DNA of 63,724 bases from Nitrosopumilus sp. (GTDB lineage: Archaea; Thermoproteota; Nitrososphaeria; Nitrososphaerales; Nitrosopumilaceae), in NCBI GenBank assembly GCA_029860565.1, contig JAOUAY010000001.1, positions 1-63,724 of the forward strand, given 5' to 3'. The notes under the pieces were generated by a model. It saw only the letters and a program-made list of their open reading frames with translations. It was not told the origin of the DNA and searched no databases. A program made the translations under genes and the position numbers. Below are positions 10,170-20,092 of this stretch, in pieces. The first letter of the stretch is position 1. Each line of letters opens with the position of its first letter.

Positions 10170-10474
10170 ATTTTGAATCAAAATTAAATGATGGGGAATT
10201 TTGTATTCCCGAATGTACTGAATGTAAAAAAATTGTATGGCCTCCTGCAGAATATTGTAATCATTGTTTTGGAGATGTTTCACTAAAAGACGGACCTTTT
10301 GTGGGTAAAATCTTAGAATTTTCACGACAAAATCAACAAGATTTCTGTTTGGTGGAGTTTGAGAATACAATTAGAATAATGGCAAAAATTTCACAGAGAC
10401 CCGAAATAGGACAAATAGTAAAAATATCAAAATGTGGAATTGTGGATGGAAGTTATTTTTTTGAAGTTAATTAA
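10166..10474 (+). CDS. DUF35-type Zn-ribbon/OB-fold thiolase partner
   Basis: CTEC...PP..YCNHC; ATGA overlap with thiolase. Confidence 0.8.
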   Translation: MNFESKLNDGEFCIPECTECKKIVWPPAEYCNHCFGDVSLKDGPFVGKILEFSRQNQQDFCLVEFENTIRIMAKISQRPEIGQIVKISKCGIVDGSYFFEVN

Positions 10475-11294
10475 ATTTAGTGTAGATGTAGGGGGTTTCT
10501 GTTTTTTGATCAAATGTCCAAATTGTTGGTAATGATACAGTGCCAATTACATCCAAACCATATTTTTCAATGAATGAACTCCATCCACCGTTTTCTAAGT
10601 TACCGGATAATTGTCGCTTAGTATGAGTTCCGGCAAACACTATTCCCGTATTCTTTTTTATATTTGGAATGGAATTTATTTTATCAATTATGCCTGTAGC
10701 TAATACATCTCCACCCATTTGAGCAAGACCCCCAATGAAAAAGACAGGTTGTTTTAGACTTAATTCGGAGTAATTAAATTCTAACGCGTCTCCACATGTT
10801 GGATTGAAGTTTTGATTTGTATCTGAAGTAATTGTTTTTTGTAACTCTACTAATACATCGTCGATTTCAATACTATGTGAAGTTAATTCTAACAATTTAC
10901 CACAAAATGCAATTCGTCCATCACCGGAACCAATATCTACTAATTCTAAATATCCAAATTGTTTTGCAATACTTGCCAATACATAAGCTGACATAATCCA
11001 GGTTGGATAAAACGGCTGACAACTTGAACCATGTTTGATACTGTTTAACCAATACTCGTTAATGTCACCTTCATAAACAATACATAAAGTTCCAGCAAAT
11101 TTTTCCTCATACGAATTAAAGTATATTGGATTTTTTTGAGCAAAATCATGAAGTAATTGCAAATGTTCGGCATTCAAAGGGAATTGTTCTGAAACTAGTG
11201 ATGGAATTACCTCCTGAATATGTGCATTACCCGTGTAATTTTTTGCAAAATCTTGCTTTACAAGAACCAGATTTCTTACAAGATCATCAAACAT
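10467..11294 (-). CDS. Class I SAM-dependent methyltransferase-like protein
   Basis: LVDIGSGDGR motif I, IEID, GDA. Confidence 0.65.
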   Translation of the reverse strand: MFDDLVRNLVLVKQDFAKNYTGNAHIQEVIPSLVSEQFPLNAEHLQLLHDFAQKNPIYFNSYEEKFAGTLCIVYEGDINEYWLNSIKHGSSCQPFYPTWIMSAYVLASIAKQFGYLELVDIGSGDGRIAFCGKLLELTSHSIEIDDVLVELQKTITSDTNQNFNPTCGDALEFNYSELSLKQPVFFIGGLAQMGGDVLATGIIDKINSIPNIKKNTGIVFAGTHTKRQLSGNLENGGWSSFIEKYGLDVIGTVSLPTIWTFDQKTETPYIYTKFN

Positions 11295-11331
11295 AATTTC
11301 TGTGAATTGTCGGGTTTGATAAACTCATAGA

Positions 11332-11532
11332 TTAGTATGATTTTTTAGATAGGAGAAAGGCAATTTCTTGTTCTACTTTTTTTATTTGATCAATTGTGCT
11401 TGTTTTAAATTTATTAATATTCTCAAGTTCATTTTTAGAAGGTTCCATAATTGATTGAAATTCAAGGTGCTTTAGTGTACTTAGATAAAAGTCTCGTTGT
11501 TCTAGTAATTTTTCAATAATTATCTCAGACAA
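11332..11532 (-). CDS. Small coiled-coil hypothetical protein
   Basis: 66-aa ORF. Confidence 0.6.
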   Translation of the reverse strand: MSEIIIEKLLEQRDFYLSTLKHLEFQSIMEPSKNELENINKFKTSTIDQIKKVEQEIAFLLSKKSY

Positions 11533-11921
11533 TAATAAATTTGCAATCTAGAACTATTTACATATTAGAAATGTGAAGGATTTCAGAATTGTCGGATTAG
11601 TAATTTTTATATTCATTTCTAAATAATAAAAATAATCACTATCTGTAATTTTGATGATTTATTAAAGATGAATATGTTGTTTTTATTACTCTAGAATTTG
11701 TAAAAATTTTTGAAGATTACCAGGAAGAAAAGGTCGTTCAAATGAACAATTACAATCTAAATCCACTGCTTTTAGAAAAGATTATGTTATTGGTTCAAAT
11801 CCAGTTGAAACCATGTTAGAATGAACAGTAAGTAATGCAATCAAATTAAAACTTAAAGATATAAGAAAAACAAAGTCATAAAATAAATTTAATGTTACAA
11901 CCATATATCGATTTAAAAAAT

Positions 11922-11942
11922 ACTTTAATGTTACATTAAAGT
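11922..11942. repeat. 21-bp palindrome ACTTTAATGT-T-ACATTAAAGT
   Basis: Perfect 10-bp arms; TTTAATGTTACA also repeated at 11888-11899. Confidence 0.6.
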
Positions 11943-12070
11943 GTCGACATGCGGGTAACTTATCATTATGTAAAAAACTGATGGGTTATTTTGTAACCAT
12001 TCTATTATGTAGGACATAACTTTCTACTAATAATCGAAGAGTAATAAAAAATAACAAAATAATTTTGAAG

Positions 12071-12445
12071 TTAAATCTCTGGTTTTGAATTTATTTTTTC
12101 AATATGTTCTATAAGTTCATCTGGATCTAGAGGTTTTGATAAGATAGAATGTACTCCTTTTTCTAGAAGAATCTTTTGTTCTTGTTCTGATGGAGTAGAA
12201 GCTGTAAAAACAACTATTTTTTGTTTGTTAAGAATCCCATTCTTATCTAGACCATCTAACACGTCCAACCCACTAAAATCAGGCATTGAAAGATCTAATA
12301 ACACTACATCAAATTGTTGTTTTTGAATTAATTCTAGACCTTCTCTTCCATTGTCCGCACAGATAAATTCATGTCCTACTGAAGTCAAAGCAAGTTCAGA
12401 CAGATCAAGTAAATCCTGATTATCATCAATTTCCAATATTTTCAT
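12071..12445 (-). CDS. Stand-alone response regulator (REC only)
   Basis: ILEIDD, LLDLSMPD phospho-Asp, FTA, KP; start at MKILEIDD. Confidence 0.92.
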   Translation of the reverse strand: MKILEIDDNQDLLDLSELALTSVGHEFICADNGREGLELIQKQQFDVVLLDLSMPDFSGLDVLDGLDKNGILNKQKIVVFTASTPSEQEQKILLEKGVHSILSKPLDPDELIEHIEKINSKPEI

Positions 12446-14414
12446 TTTTATTCCCTTCTTCTTTTGTTTTTGGGGTGCTAAAATAAAAACTAGCACCTTT
12501 GCCTGGTTCACTTTCTACCCATATTTTACCCCCTAATGCCTCTATAATTCCTTTACAAATTGATATACCTAATCCTACACCTCCATGTACTCTCTTATGG
12601 CCTCGCGAAGCTTGATAAAATTTCTTAAAAAGATCTTCATGTTTATCTTTGGAAATTCCAACACCATTGTCCTTTACATAAAATAAAACAGTGTCATCGG
12701 TTTCTTGCGCACATATCTCAATTTTTCCATTCTCCTTTGGAACAAAAACTATAGCATTCTCTATCAGATGTGAAAAGATTTGTTTTATTCTCAATTCATC
12801 ACTTTGTATAACTATATGATCTCGAGTTGTATTAACTAGTTGAATTTTTCTTTCGATCATTTTAGATTCAAATTTTTTACATACATCTCTCATTAAATCA
12901 TCAACTTTGAATTTAACATAATTAAATTTCATAGTACCTAACTCCAATTGTTGTATATCGAGAAGATTGATTATCATAGAATCTAACTTTTTTGCATTTT
13001 TCAAAATTTTTTCAAGCGCAATTAATTGCTTAGAATTTAATTCACCAAGAAATTTAGGTTTCTGCAACATCTGAGAAAATCCCATTATTGGAAATAACGG
13101 ATTTTTAAATTCATGTGAAATCATGGTGAGAAATTCTGCTTTTGCTGTGTCTATTTCTTTAAGATTATCAATTTGCTCATTTTTAGTTTTAAGTAATTGT
13201 TGTTGTGACTCTTGAAGCTCTCTGAATGTGCTATCAAAAGTTTTTGCCAATACTGATACTTCATCCTCTGATTCCAATAATTTGGGATTAATTGTAGCTT
13301 CTTTTTTTCCTGTCCGTATATCTTGTACCGTTTTTGTAAGTGTTTTAATCGGATCCACCAAATTATTTGCAAATATATAAGATGAAACAAATGTTACTGA
13401 TAACAAGATAGCAATTAAGGTCAATAACACAGTTTGAAGAAGATAAATTTCTTGATACGCTTCATTTTTATCAACTTCAACAATAAAACTCCACTCTGTT
13501 CCAATGACAGGAGTTATTGAACCTACAACAAGATTTCCTAAATAATTATGATATCCATCAAGATTCCAAGCTGTTCCATTCATCTTAGAATCCCGGAAAA
13601 TGTCAGTAAATTGTTGTGATTGAGGTTTTAGGATTTGTAACTCGAGTTCTGGTCTCTCTGTTATTAAGTTCAAATCCAGAAGTGTTTGAGGAAATGTGGA
13701 TTTAGAAATAAAGAATCCGTTAGAATTTACTAAATATAGATCAGCGCTACCAAATTCAGCAAGATACGATTTAACATGTGGATTTATTTTAAAAATATTG
13801 ACACTTGCAGTGAGTATTCCTTCAACTCCAACCTCTCCTGAAATTGGGACAGATATTAGTAAGGTTGGAACGTCTTTGTCGTACTTGTCATATTCATTTT
13901 TTATAGTGTTTACAGATGGCTGGACTTTGCTTATTCCCACTTTTCTGTTAACTGCATCTTGAAAATGTTGTTCACCATATAGGTTGTCATCTGGAAAAGA
14001 CAAACCTGTGTAAAATATGACATCCCCAGTTTGTGGATCACTTATTGCTAATTCTTGTAACCAGTCATATCCATGAATAGCAGTATTGATCTGTTTTTCC
14101 AAATTGAATCGTGCGATAAATGATTCATCAATTCCAACATCAGGATCTAAAAGTTTCTGTGTTTCGGTAATCATCACTTGGTTATCTGCTATACCTTGAA
14201 TGTTCATCTTTCGTTGCTCAATCCATTGTGAAATATTGTCAGCACCAATTCCGGAAATAGATAATAATCTTTCTTTAAGATTGTTGTTTTCAGTTTCAAC
14301 TTTATCAAAATATAGATACCCACTTATGACAAATATGGGAACTAGACTTAACAACAGAATTAGGGTGATGAGTTTTCTGGAATAACTGGAGAATAAATAA
14401 GTCATTTCCTTCAA
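12426..14414 (-). CDS. Membrane sensor histidine kinase (TM, extracellular Cache-like domain, TM, HAMP, HisKA, HATPase)
   Basis: Two TMs around ~290 aa with YLVNSNG.FIS and Y.NY.G Cache motifs; HAMP PIK.L/DEVS.LA; SHEFKNPL; DNGVGI; GVGLGISI. Confidence 0.92.
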   Translation of the reverse strand: MKEMTYLFSSYSRKLITLILLLSLVPIFVISGYLYFDKVETENNNLKERLLSISGIGADNISQWIEQRKMNIQGIADNQVMITETQKLLDPDVGIDESFIARFNLEKQINTAIHGYDWLQELAISDPQTGDVIFYTGLSFPDDNLYGEQHFQDAVNRKVGISKVQPSVNTIKNEYDKYDKDVPTLLISVPISGEVGVEGILTASVNIFKINPHVKSYLAEFGSADLYLVNSNGFFISKSTFPQTLLDLNLITERPELELQILKPQSQQFTDIFRDSKMNGTAWNLDGYHNYLGNLVVGSITPVIGTEWSFIVEVDKNEAYQEIYLLQTVLLTLIAILLSVTFVSSYIFANNLVDPIKTLTKTVQDIRTGKKEATINPKLLESEDEVSVLAKTFDSTFRELQESQQQLLKTKNEQIDNLKEIDTAKAEFLTMISHEFKNPLFPIMGFSQMLQKPKFLGELNSKQLIALEKILKNAKKLDSMIINLLDIQQLELGTMKFNYVKFKVDDLMRDVCKKFESKMIERKIQLVNTTRDHIVIQSDELRIKQIFSHLIENAIVFVPKENGKIEICAQETDDTVLFYVKDNGVGISKDKHEDLFKKFYQASRGHKRVHGGVGLGISICKGIIEALGGKIWVESEPGKGASFYFSTPKTKEEGNKNENIGN

Positions 14415-14423
14415 ACTACCCTT

Positions 14424-15728
14424 CTATGGACCAGGATTTGCCCAACTTTGTCCCCATCTATTATAGAGTTCATCAAGGAATTTATTCCAGTCTTGCTCTG
14501 ATTTGTATTTAGGATATGGAATGGGATGAATTGGTTCTTCTGAACTGTAGACTATCTTAAATTGTCCATCTTCAAGAATTTGGCCGACTCTTACCTCCTT
14601 TGAGAGATGTTGTGTTTTGGGATCTACTCCTACAATCCCTTCTGGTGCAACAAAGGTGATACCTTTTACTGCCTCACGAATTGTATTGACTTCGTCTGAA
14701 TTCCCTTTTTCCACTGCTTTAGCAAAAAGATAAACTCCAATGTAACCCGCTTCCATGGGATCATCAGTAACCCGATGAGGTCCAAATTTATTTTTGAAAT
14801 TCTGAACAAAGACCTTGTTTTCTGGTAAATCAATACTTTGGAAATAATTCCAAGCCGCATAATCCCCAGCCATACTATTTGCACCTAGATTTCGAATTTC
14901 ATCTTCTGCAATACTAAATGATATTGTTGGAATTGTTTCAGGTTCAATACCTTTTTTTCTAAGCTCGTTAAAAAATCCTATATTACTATCACCATTAATA
15001 GTATTGAGTATAACATCTGGCTTTGTTTTTGTAATTTTATCTACTATTTCTACAAAATCACTTTCTCCCAGTAACCTGTATTCTTCTCCTACAACTTGAC
15101 CACCTATCTCGTTTATTCGTTCTTTTATGATTGTATTAGCAGCTCTAGGAAATACATAATCTGAACCTACCAAGAAAAATTTTGTACCCAAATTTTCAAA
15201 GGCCCAATTGACGGCTGGAAGTACCTGTTGGTTTGGAGCTGCTCCAGTGTAGACAATATTGGCAGATTGTTCAAGTCCCTCATATTGTACAGGATAGAAA
15301 AGAAGATGGTTATATTCCTCAAATACTGGCATCATTGTTTTACGACTAGCAGACGTCCACCCTCCAAAAACAGCACTAACCTCATCCTCAACAATAAGTT
15401 TTTTAGCCTTAGTTGCAAATGTAGGCCAATCAGAACGACCATCTTCCACAATAGGAACAAGTTTTCTTCCCAAAAGCCCGCCTCTTTCATTAATTTCATC
15501 TATTGCTAAAAGAGTGGCATCAACAACCGAATTTTCACTAATGGCCATTGTTCCAGACAAAGAATGAAGTATACCAACTTTAATTGGATTATCTTCATCT
15601 AATGGAATAAAAATGGGTTTACGAAGAGAATTATTATCTTGACCAATTAATGCAGGACTAAATGTTTCTTCTATTTGGGAATAAGCAATAATTCCAATTA
15701 GCGCTATTATTACCACAATGAAAATCAA
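14424..15728 (-). CDS. urtA: UrtA-like urea/short-amide substrate-binding protein with N-terminal membrane anchor
   Basis: IKVGILHSLSGTMAISE, FGGWTSASRK, FYPVQYEGLE, GAAPNQQ, GSDYVFPR, NTINGDSN, AWNYFQ. Confidence 0.88.
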   Translation of the reverse strand: MIFIVVIIALIGIIAYSQIEETFSPALIGQDNNSLRKPIFIPLDEDNPIKVGILHSLSGTMAISENSVVDATLLAIDEINERGGLLGRKLVPIVEDGRSDWPTFATKAKKLIVEDEVSAVFGGWTSASRKTMMPVFEEYNHLLFYPVQYEGLEQSANIVYTGAAPNQQVLPAVNWAFENLGTKFFLVGSDYVFPRAANTIIKERINEIGGQVVGEEYRLLGESDFVEIVDKITKTKPDVILNTINGDSNIGFFNELRKKGIEPETIPTISFSIAEDEIRNLGANSMAGDYAAWNYFQSIDLPENKVFVQNFKNKFGPHRVTDDPMEAGYIGVYLFAKAVEKGNSDEVNTIREAVKGITFVAPEGIVGVDPKTQHLSKEVRVGQILEDGQFKIVYSSEEPIHPIPYPKYKSEQDWNKFLDELYNRWGQSWANPGP

Positions 15729-15895
15729 ATTAGCAATTTTTGTCCTTTCCGTAAATATACTTGTAATAATACTAATTTTATGTTTCTATCCAAGACAGAT
15801 ATTATTCAATAAAATCATTAAAATTCTGAAAGAAATGTAATTGAGATTAAAATTAAAGAATATGTTTATACCATTTTAAAAAAACCATTACATAC

Positions 15896-17047
15896 TTGAT
15901 CGAAACAGGTACAAACAAAATCACAGATAATCCTCAAACATTAGAAATCGAGCTTAGAAAAAACATAGACTTCAAAAAGGCACTTGACAAGTCAGCAATA
16001 GTTGCAATTACAGATAGAGTTGGTACCATTACCTATGTCAATGACATGTTTTGTAAAATTTCAAAATATTCAAGAGAGGAGTTATTAGGACAAAATCATC
16101 GAATATTAAAATCTGGACTTCATTCACCAGAATTTTTTGAAAATCTATGGAAGACAATATCTAGTGGAAAGATTTGGAAGGGAGACATAAAAAATCTAGC
16201 AAAAGATGGTTCCTTTTACTGGGTAAAAACCATCATCGTGCCTTTTTCTGGAAATGACGGAAAGCCAGAATTCTATATTGCAATAAGAACTGATGTCTCC
16301 AGCCAAAAAAGAACCGAAGATAAACTCAGAGAAACAATGATAGAACTTACAGAAATGGATAAAAAGAAAAATGAATTCATAGGAATGATTGCTCATGAGC
16401 TGAAAACTCCATTGCAATTGATCATTGGTTGGTCAAGTGTCCTAAACCATCCTGAAATGACAGGTTCTCTTAATGAGAAACAAAAAAAGGCAATGAACTT
16501 CATTCATTTTAACGCAGAAAAATTATCTGGTATTATTAGTGATTTACTTGTAACCCAGGCAATGGAATTTGGAAAAATAGAATCATCTCGTATTCCATTC
16601 CAAGTAGACAAAATGATGGAAGAGATTACTAAAAATTTTGGGAAAATCGCAGAAAAAAATAACATAAAATTAATTAATACTACAACCGAGCAGATTTTTC
16701 TAAAAAGTGATAAAGATAGAATCAAACAAATCCTTTCAAATTTAATTAATAATTCACTAGCTTTTGTACCCAAGAATAATGGCATTATAGAAATAAAAGC
16801 ACAAAATAATGAAGATAGCGTAATTTTTAGTGTTCAAGACAATGGTCCTGGTATTCCAAATGATAAACAATCCTTTCTTTTCAAGAAATTTTATCAAGTT
16901 GATACCAGCCTAACTCGAAGACATGGAGGCACTGGTTTAGGATTAACAGTTTGTGAAGGAATTATTACTGCACTTGGTGGAAAAATTTGGTTTGAAACTG
17001 AACAAAATAAAGGAACCATATTTTATTTTCGTATTCCCATAGTCTAG
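15896..17047 (+). CDS. Cytoplasmic PAS/PAC histidine kinase
   Basis: ITD..G.ITYVN, LGQNHRILKSG, KDGSFYWV PAS/PAC; AHELKTPL; DNGPGI; GTGLGL. Confidence 0.92.
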   Translation: MIETGTNKITDNPQTLEIELRKNIDFKKALDKSAIVAITDRVGTITYVNDMFCKISKYSREELLGQNHRILKSGLHSPEFFENLWKTISSGKIWKGDIKNLAKDGSFYWVKTIIVPFSGNDGKPEFYIAIRTDVSSQKRTEDKLRETMIELTEMDKKKNEFIGMIAHELKTPLQLIIGWSSVLNHPEMTGSLNEKQKKAMNFIHFNAEKLSGIISDLLVTQAMEFGKIESSRIPFQVDKMMEEITKNFGKIAEKNNIKLINTTTEQIFLKSDKDRIKQILSNLINNSLAFVPKNNGIIEIKAQNNEDSVIFSVQDNGPGIPNDKQSFLFKKFYQVDTSLTRRHGGTGLGLTVCEGIITALGGKIWFETEQNKGTIFYFRIPIV

Positions 17048-17424
17048 ATTATACAAAGGGCTAAGAAAAGTTATTTTTTAGAAAAGCTAGTTTTAAGATT
17101 TTTTAAATTTTTGCCACTAGAAGTGTTTTCCTAAATTGAGTAAATTCAAAAACTCTCCTTGGCCCTTTAGAAGAGATATGGTGAAAAAGATAACCTTTAC
17201 GATATCGAAGACCTTAAACAACAAGATATTTGTAATTTTCATTTTAAAAAAAAATTATAATATTCAAAGGTTAGAGAGATTGAACTTTATTTGAATATTA
17301 TTGAAAAATCCATAAAATATAATCAATCTTTTGACAACGGATCAAAAATCTTTGTAATTGACAATAGATCCTTTTCTCATTTCTTAATGTAAAATAAATA
17401 CTATTATGACATTAATGAAATAAT

Positions 17425-17862
17425 ATGACTCAGGCTTGTTTCTTATGTCACAGGGAGATTGGAAATACGACTTTAATCTTCAAAAATTCGGACCTGAGAG
17501 TTAACGACCTAATAATTCCACCCCAAATGACTGATGACGATGTATTATGTGTACATTGTTTTGATCTGAGCGTAAAAAATCCAGCTATTAATGTAAGCAA
17601 AGGTAGGATCAATACACTAGTAAATATTTTAGAACAAGAAATGATTCATGATGCTGTTGATCTGGACAATCTTTTAGAAAACCTTGAACAAGAAATGAAT
17701 GGATGGGGACTATCTGAACCCGTCAAGACTTTCTATTTAGTACAAGTTATGGATATTATTGAAATAGCTTTAACTGATCAATCAAGTAAATTATCATCCT
17801 TTAATGAAATTAGAAAACTATTATTGGATAACTTTGACGCATCTTATGAATCTAAAAATTAA
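17425..17862 (+). CDS. Hypothetical protein with N-terminal Zn-finger (CFLC...CVHC)
   Basis: 145-aa ORF with two CxxC. Confidence 0.65.
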   Translation: MTQACFLCHREIGNTTLIFKNSDLRVNDLIIPPQMTDDDVLCVHCFDLSVKNPAINVSKGRINTLVNILEQEMIHDAVDLDNLLENLEQEMNGWGLSEPVKTFYLVQVMDIIEIALTDQSSKLSSFNEIRKLLLDNFDASYESKN

Positions 17863-17896
17863 GATTACTTAAAAGAAAAAACTACTTAATAAAAAC

Positions 17897-19012
17897 ATGA
17901 GGATACGCCCTAAACTAGTTCTCACATTTTCTGCAATTTTCATCTTAGCATTTTCTTCTTCATCTTATGCAGCTCATATCACAATACAATCATCTCTTCT
18001 TGATTCTGGCATATCAGAAGAACAGTCCACATCGATCTTAGAAGAAATTGGGACTTCAATTGGAATTGTATCTGCTATCATTGGAATTATTGCCGTATGT
18101 GTGGTATTTTGGGTTTCAGCTAGAATTGCTAACCCCATATCCACCCTGTCTGAAAAATTAAAGTCTCAAGAGATAGGTAAAAAACTCAGGAATATCGAAA
18201 TTAAAAGAGAGTCGATTGATAAGGATGATGAAATCAACGAAGTCATTTACACAATCAACTCTATGATAAATCGACTCAATGATTTAGAGGAAAAAAAAGA
18301 TGTCTTTCTTTCAATGGTTACTCATGAATTAAAAACTCCTGCCTCCACCATAGTCGGATTCTCAAAGGTTCTTCTAAACTCTAAAATGGCAGGTGAATTA
18401 AATCCTGAACAAAAAAAATCTATTGAAACAATGAAAAGAAATGCGACTAGATTAGAAGATTTGATTGGGGACTTGCTTGATTCTAGAAAATTAGGTTTAT
18501 CCAAAATGAAATTTGCATATGCTAATGTGGATATTACAAAACTTGTTGAATACATATTACATAACAATAAAAACATTACAGATGAAAAAAACATAGAGTT
18601 TGTGAATTCAACGAAAGAAACAATCTTTGCAACCACTGATGAGTCAAGATTGGAACAAGTTTATAATAATTTAATTCGTAATGCTGTAGACTTTGTTCCC
18701 AAAGAAGGAGGGAAAATTGAAATCGGAGTAAAAGGAGATGATAACAAAATTATTTGTTATGTTAAGGATAACGGTATTGGTATTAGTAAAGAAAAACAAA
18801 AAGAACTTTTTAATCAATTCTATCAAGTTGACAGCTCGCTTCAAAGAAAACATGGAGGAACTGGTTTAGGATTATACATATCCAAAGGGATTATAGAGGC
18901 ATTAGGGGGTAAAATATGGGTCGAAAGCGAACTGGGTAAAGGTGCTTCTATTTATTTTAGTATTCCCAAGATTAAAGAAGAAAGGAGTAACAATGAAAAT
19001 ATTGGAAATTGA
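17897..19012 (+). CDS. Membrane HAMP histidine kinase with very short extracellular loop
   Basis: 2 TM, HAMP (DEINEV...IN.M), THELKTP, NLIRNA, DNGIGI, GTGLGLYI. Confidence 0.92.
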   Translation: MRIRPKLVLTFSAIFILAFSSSSYAAHITIQSSLLDSGISEEQSTSILEEIGTSIGIVSAIIGIIAVCVVFWVSARIANPISTLSEKLKSQEIGKKLRNIEIKRESIDKDDEINEVIYTINSMINRLNDLEEKKDVFLSMVTHELKTPASTIVGFSKVLLNSKMAGELNPEQKKSIETMKRNATRLEDLIGDLLDSRKLGLSKMKFAYANVDITKLVEYILHNNKNITDEKNIEFVNSTKETIFATTDESRLEQVYNNLIRNAVDFVPKEGGKIEIGVKGDDNKIICYVKDNGIGISKEKQKELFNQFYQVDSSLQRKHGGTGLGLYISKGIIEALGGKIWVESELGKGASIYFSIPKIKEERSNNENIGN

Positions 19013-19361
19013 TGATAATCAGGATTTGCTTGACCTTTGTGAGGTTGTATTGAGTGCAGAAGAGCACGAGTATACTGGTATAAACGAACCTCTAGACGGA
19101 CTAGAGAAGATTAGAAATGAAAAATACGACATGTCCCTTCTGGATTTATCCATGCCAGATCTTAGTGGTGTAGATATCATTGATACTCTTGTAAAGGATG
19201 GATTGATAAATAAACAAAAGATAGTAGTATTTACTGCCTCATCAGCTACTGAAAGTGAGTATAGCCCGCTTTTGGAAAAAGAGGAACATTTTATTCTAAA
19301 AAAATCTCTTGATGTAGATGCTTTAGTGGAGCACGTCCACAAAATAGAATCTGAAGGATAA
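18993..19361 (+). CDS. Stand-alone response regulator (REC only), slightly degenerate
   Basis: MKILEIDD, LLDLSMPD, FTAS; KS replaces the canonical KP. Confidence 0.88.
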   Translation: MKILEIDDNQDLLDLCEVVLSAEEHEYTGINEPLDGLEKIRNEKYDMSLLDLSMPDLSGVDIIDTLVKDGLINKQKIVVFTASSATESEYSPLLEKEEHFILKKSLDVDALVEHVHKIESEG

Positions 19362-19364
19362 GAT

Positions 19365-20087
19365 TTGATGTCCGAAAAAACAGATATTATAAAACTTTAT
19401 CTTCATTTTATCAATTTAAAAAAGATCTACATAGGTTCAATTGTTTTATTTTCTGTATTTGTTTTTAGTACCACATTTGTTCATACAGCATTTGGGGCAA
19501 CAGCTATTGAAGGATGTGGATTATGGGATGTTAGCGCAGAATGTGATCTCTCTGGCTGGATGAAATTATTTATGGGTGACATCGCGGTAGGTGCTATCTT
19601 AGCTATATTTCTTCATATTTTAGCTCATCGTAGTAATGAATCCCTGAAAGAAAACGGTGAACAAATACAAAAAATTCTTCAAGGCCAAGAAACCACGAGA
19701 AAAGCACGTAGAGATTACGCGGTTCAAAATTTGAAAAACCATTTAACTACTTTACTTTTTGTTTTAGGAATTATTAACAGATTGACAATGAATTACAATA
19801 CTGCTACTGATCAAAAAAGTGTGATTTATAGTAAAATTAAAGGAGAGGAAGAAAGGATGGCACGCATAATACAAAATGCACGAAACACTACAGTTTATTC
19901 AAGTGATACTCTTGATCCGACCCTAGTAAATCAAATAGATGGAGTTTGCACATTTGTCAGTGGATTAGGAATAACAGAAAAAGAGGGTAAACTAGAATTT
20001 GCCAAATATGATAAATCTAGACGAAAACTAGATGAGATTACAAAAAAACTTTCAGCAATTTCCCAATCAACACCTGTATTCAAATAA
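19365..20087 (+). CDS. Membrane-anchored hypothetical protein
   Basis: Two N-terminal hydrophobic segments around a C-x8-C loop; helical tail. Confidence 0.65.
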   Translation: MMSEKTDIIKLYLHFINLKKIYIGSIVLFSVFVFSTTFVHTAFGATAIEGCGLWDVSAECDLSGWMKLFMGDIAVGAILAIFLHILAHRSNESLKENGEQIQKILQGQETTRKARRDYAVQNLKNHLTTLLFVLGIINRLTMNYNTATDQKSVIYSKIKGEEERMARIIQNARNTTVYSSDTLDPTLVNQIDGVCTFVSGLGITEKEGKLEFAKYDKSRRKLDEITKKLSAISQSTPVFK

Positions 20088-20092
20088 ATTTT

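Noticed and set aside
11710-11825. Possible transposase or gene remnant RLPGRKGRSNEQ...
   Set aside because: Too short, no DDE motif and no terminal repeats
14424-15728. Complete urea ABC transporter
   Set aside because: Only the binding protein is present; no permeases or ATPases
17150-17400. Stop-interrupted ORF debris between the PAS kinase and the Zn-finger gene
   Set aside because: Cannot assign a parent family by eye
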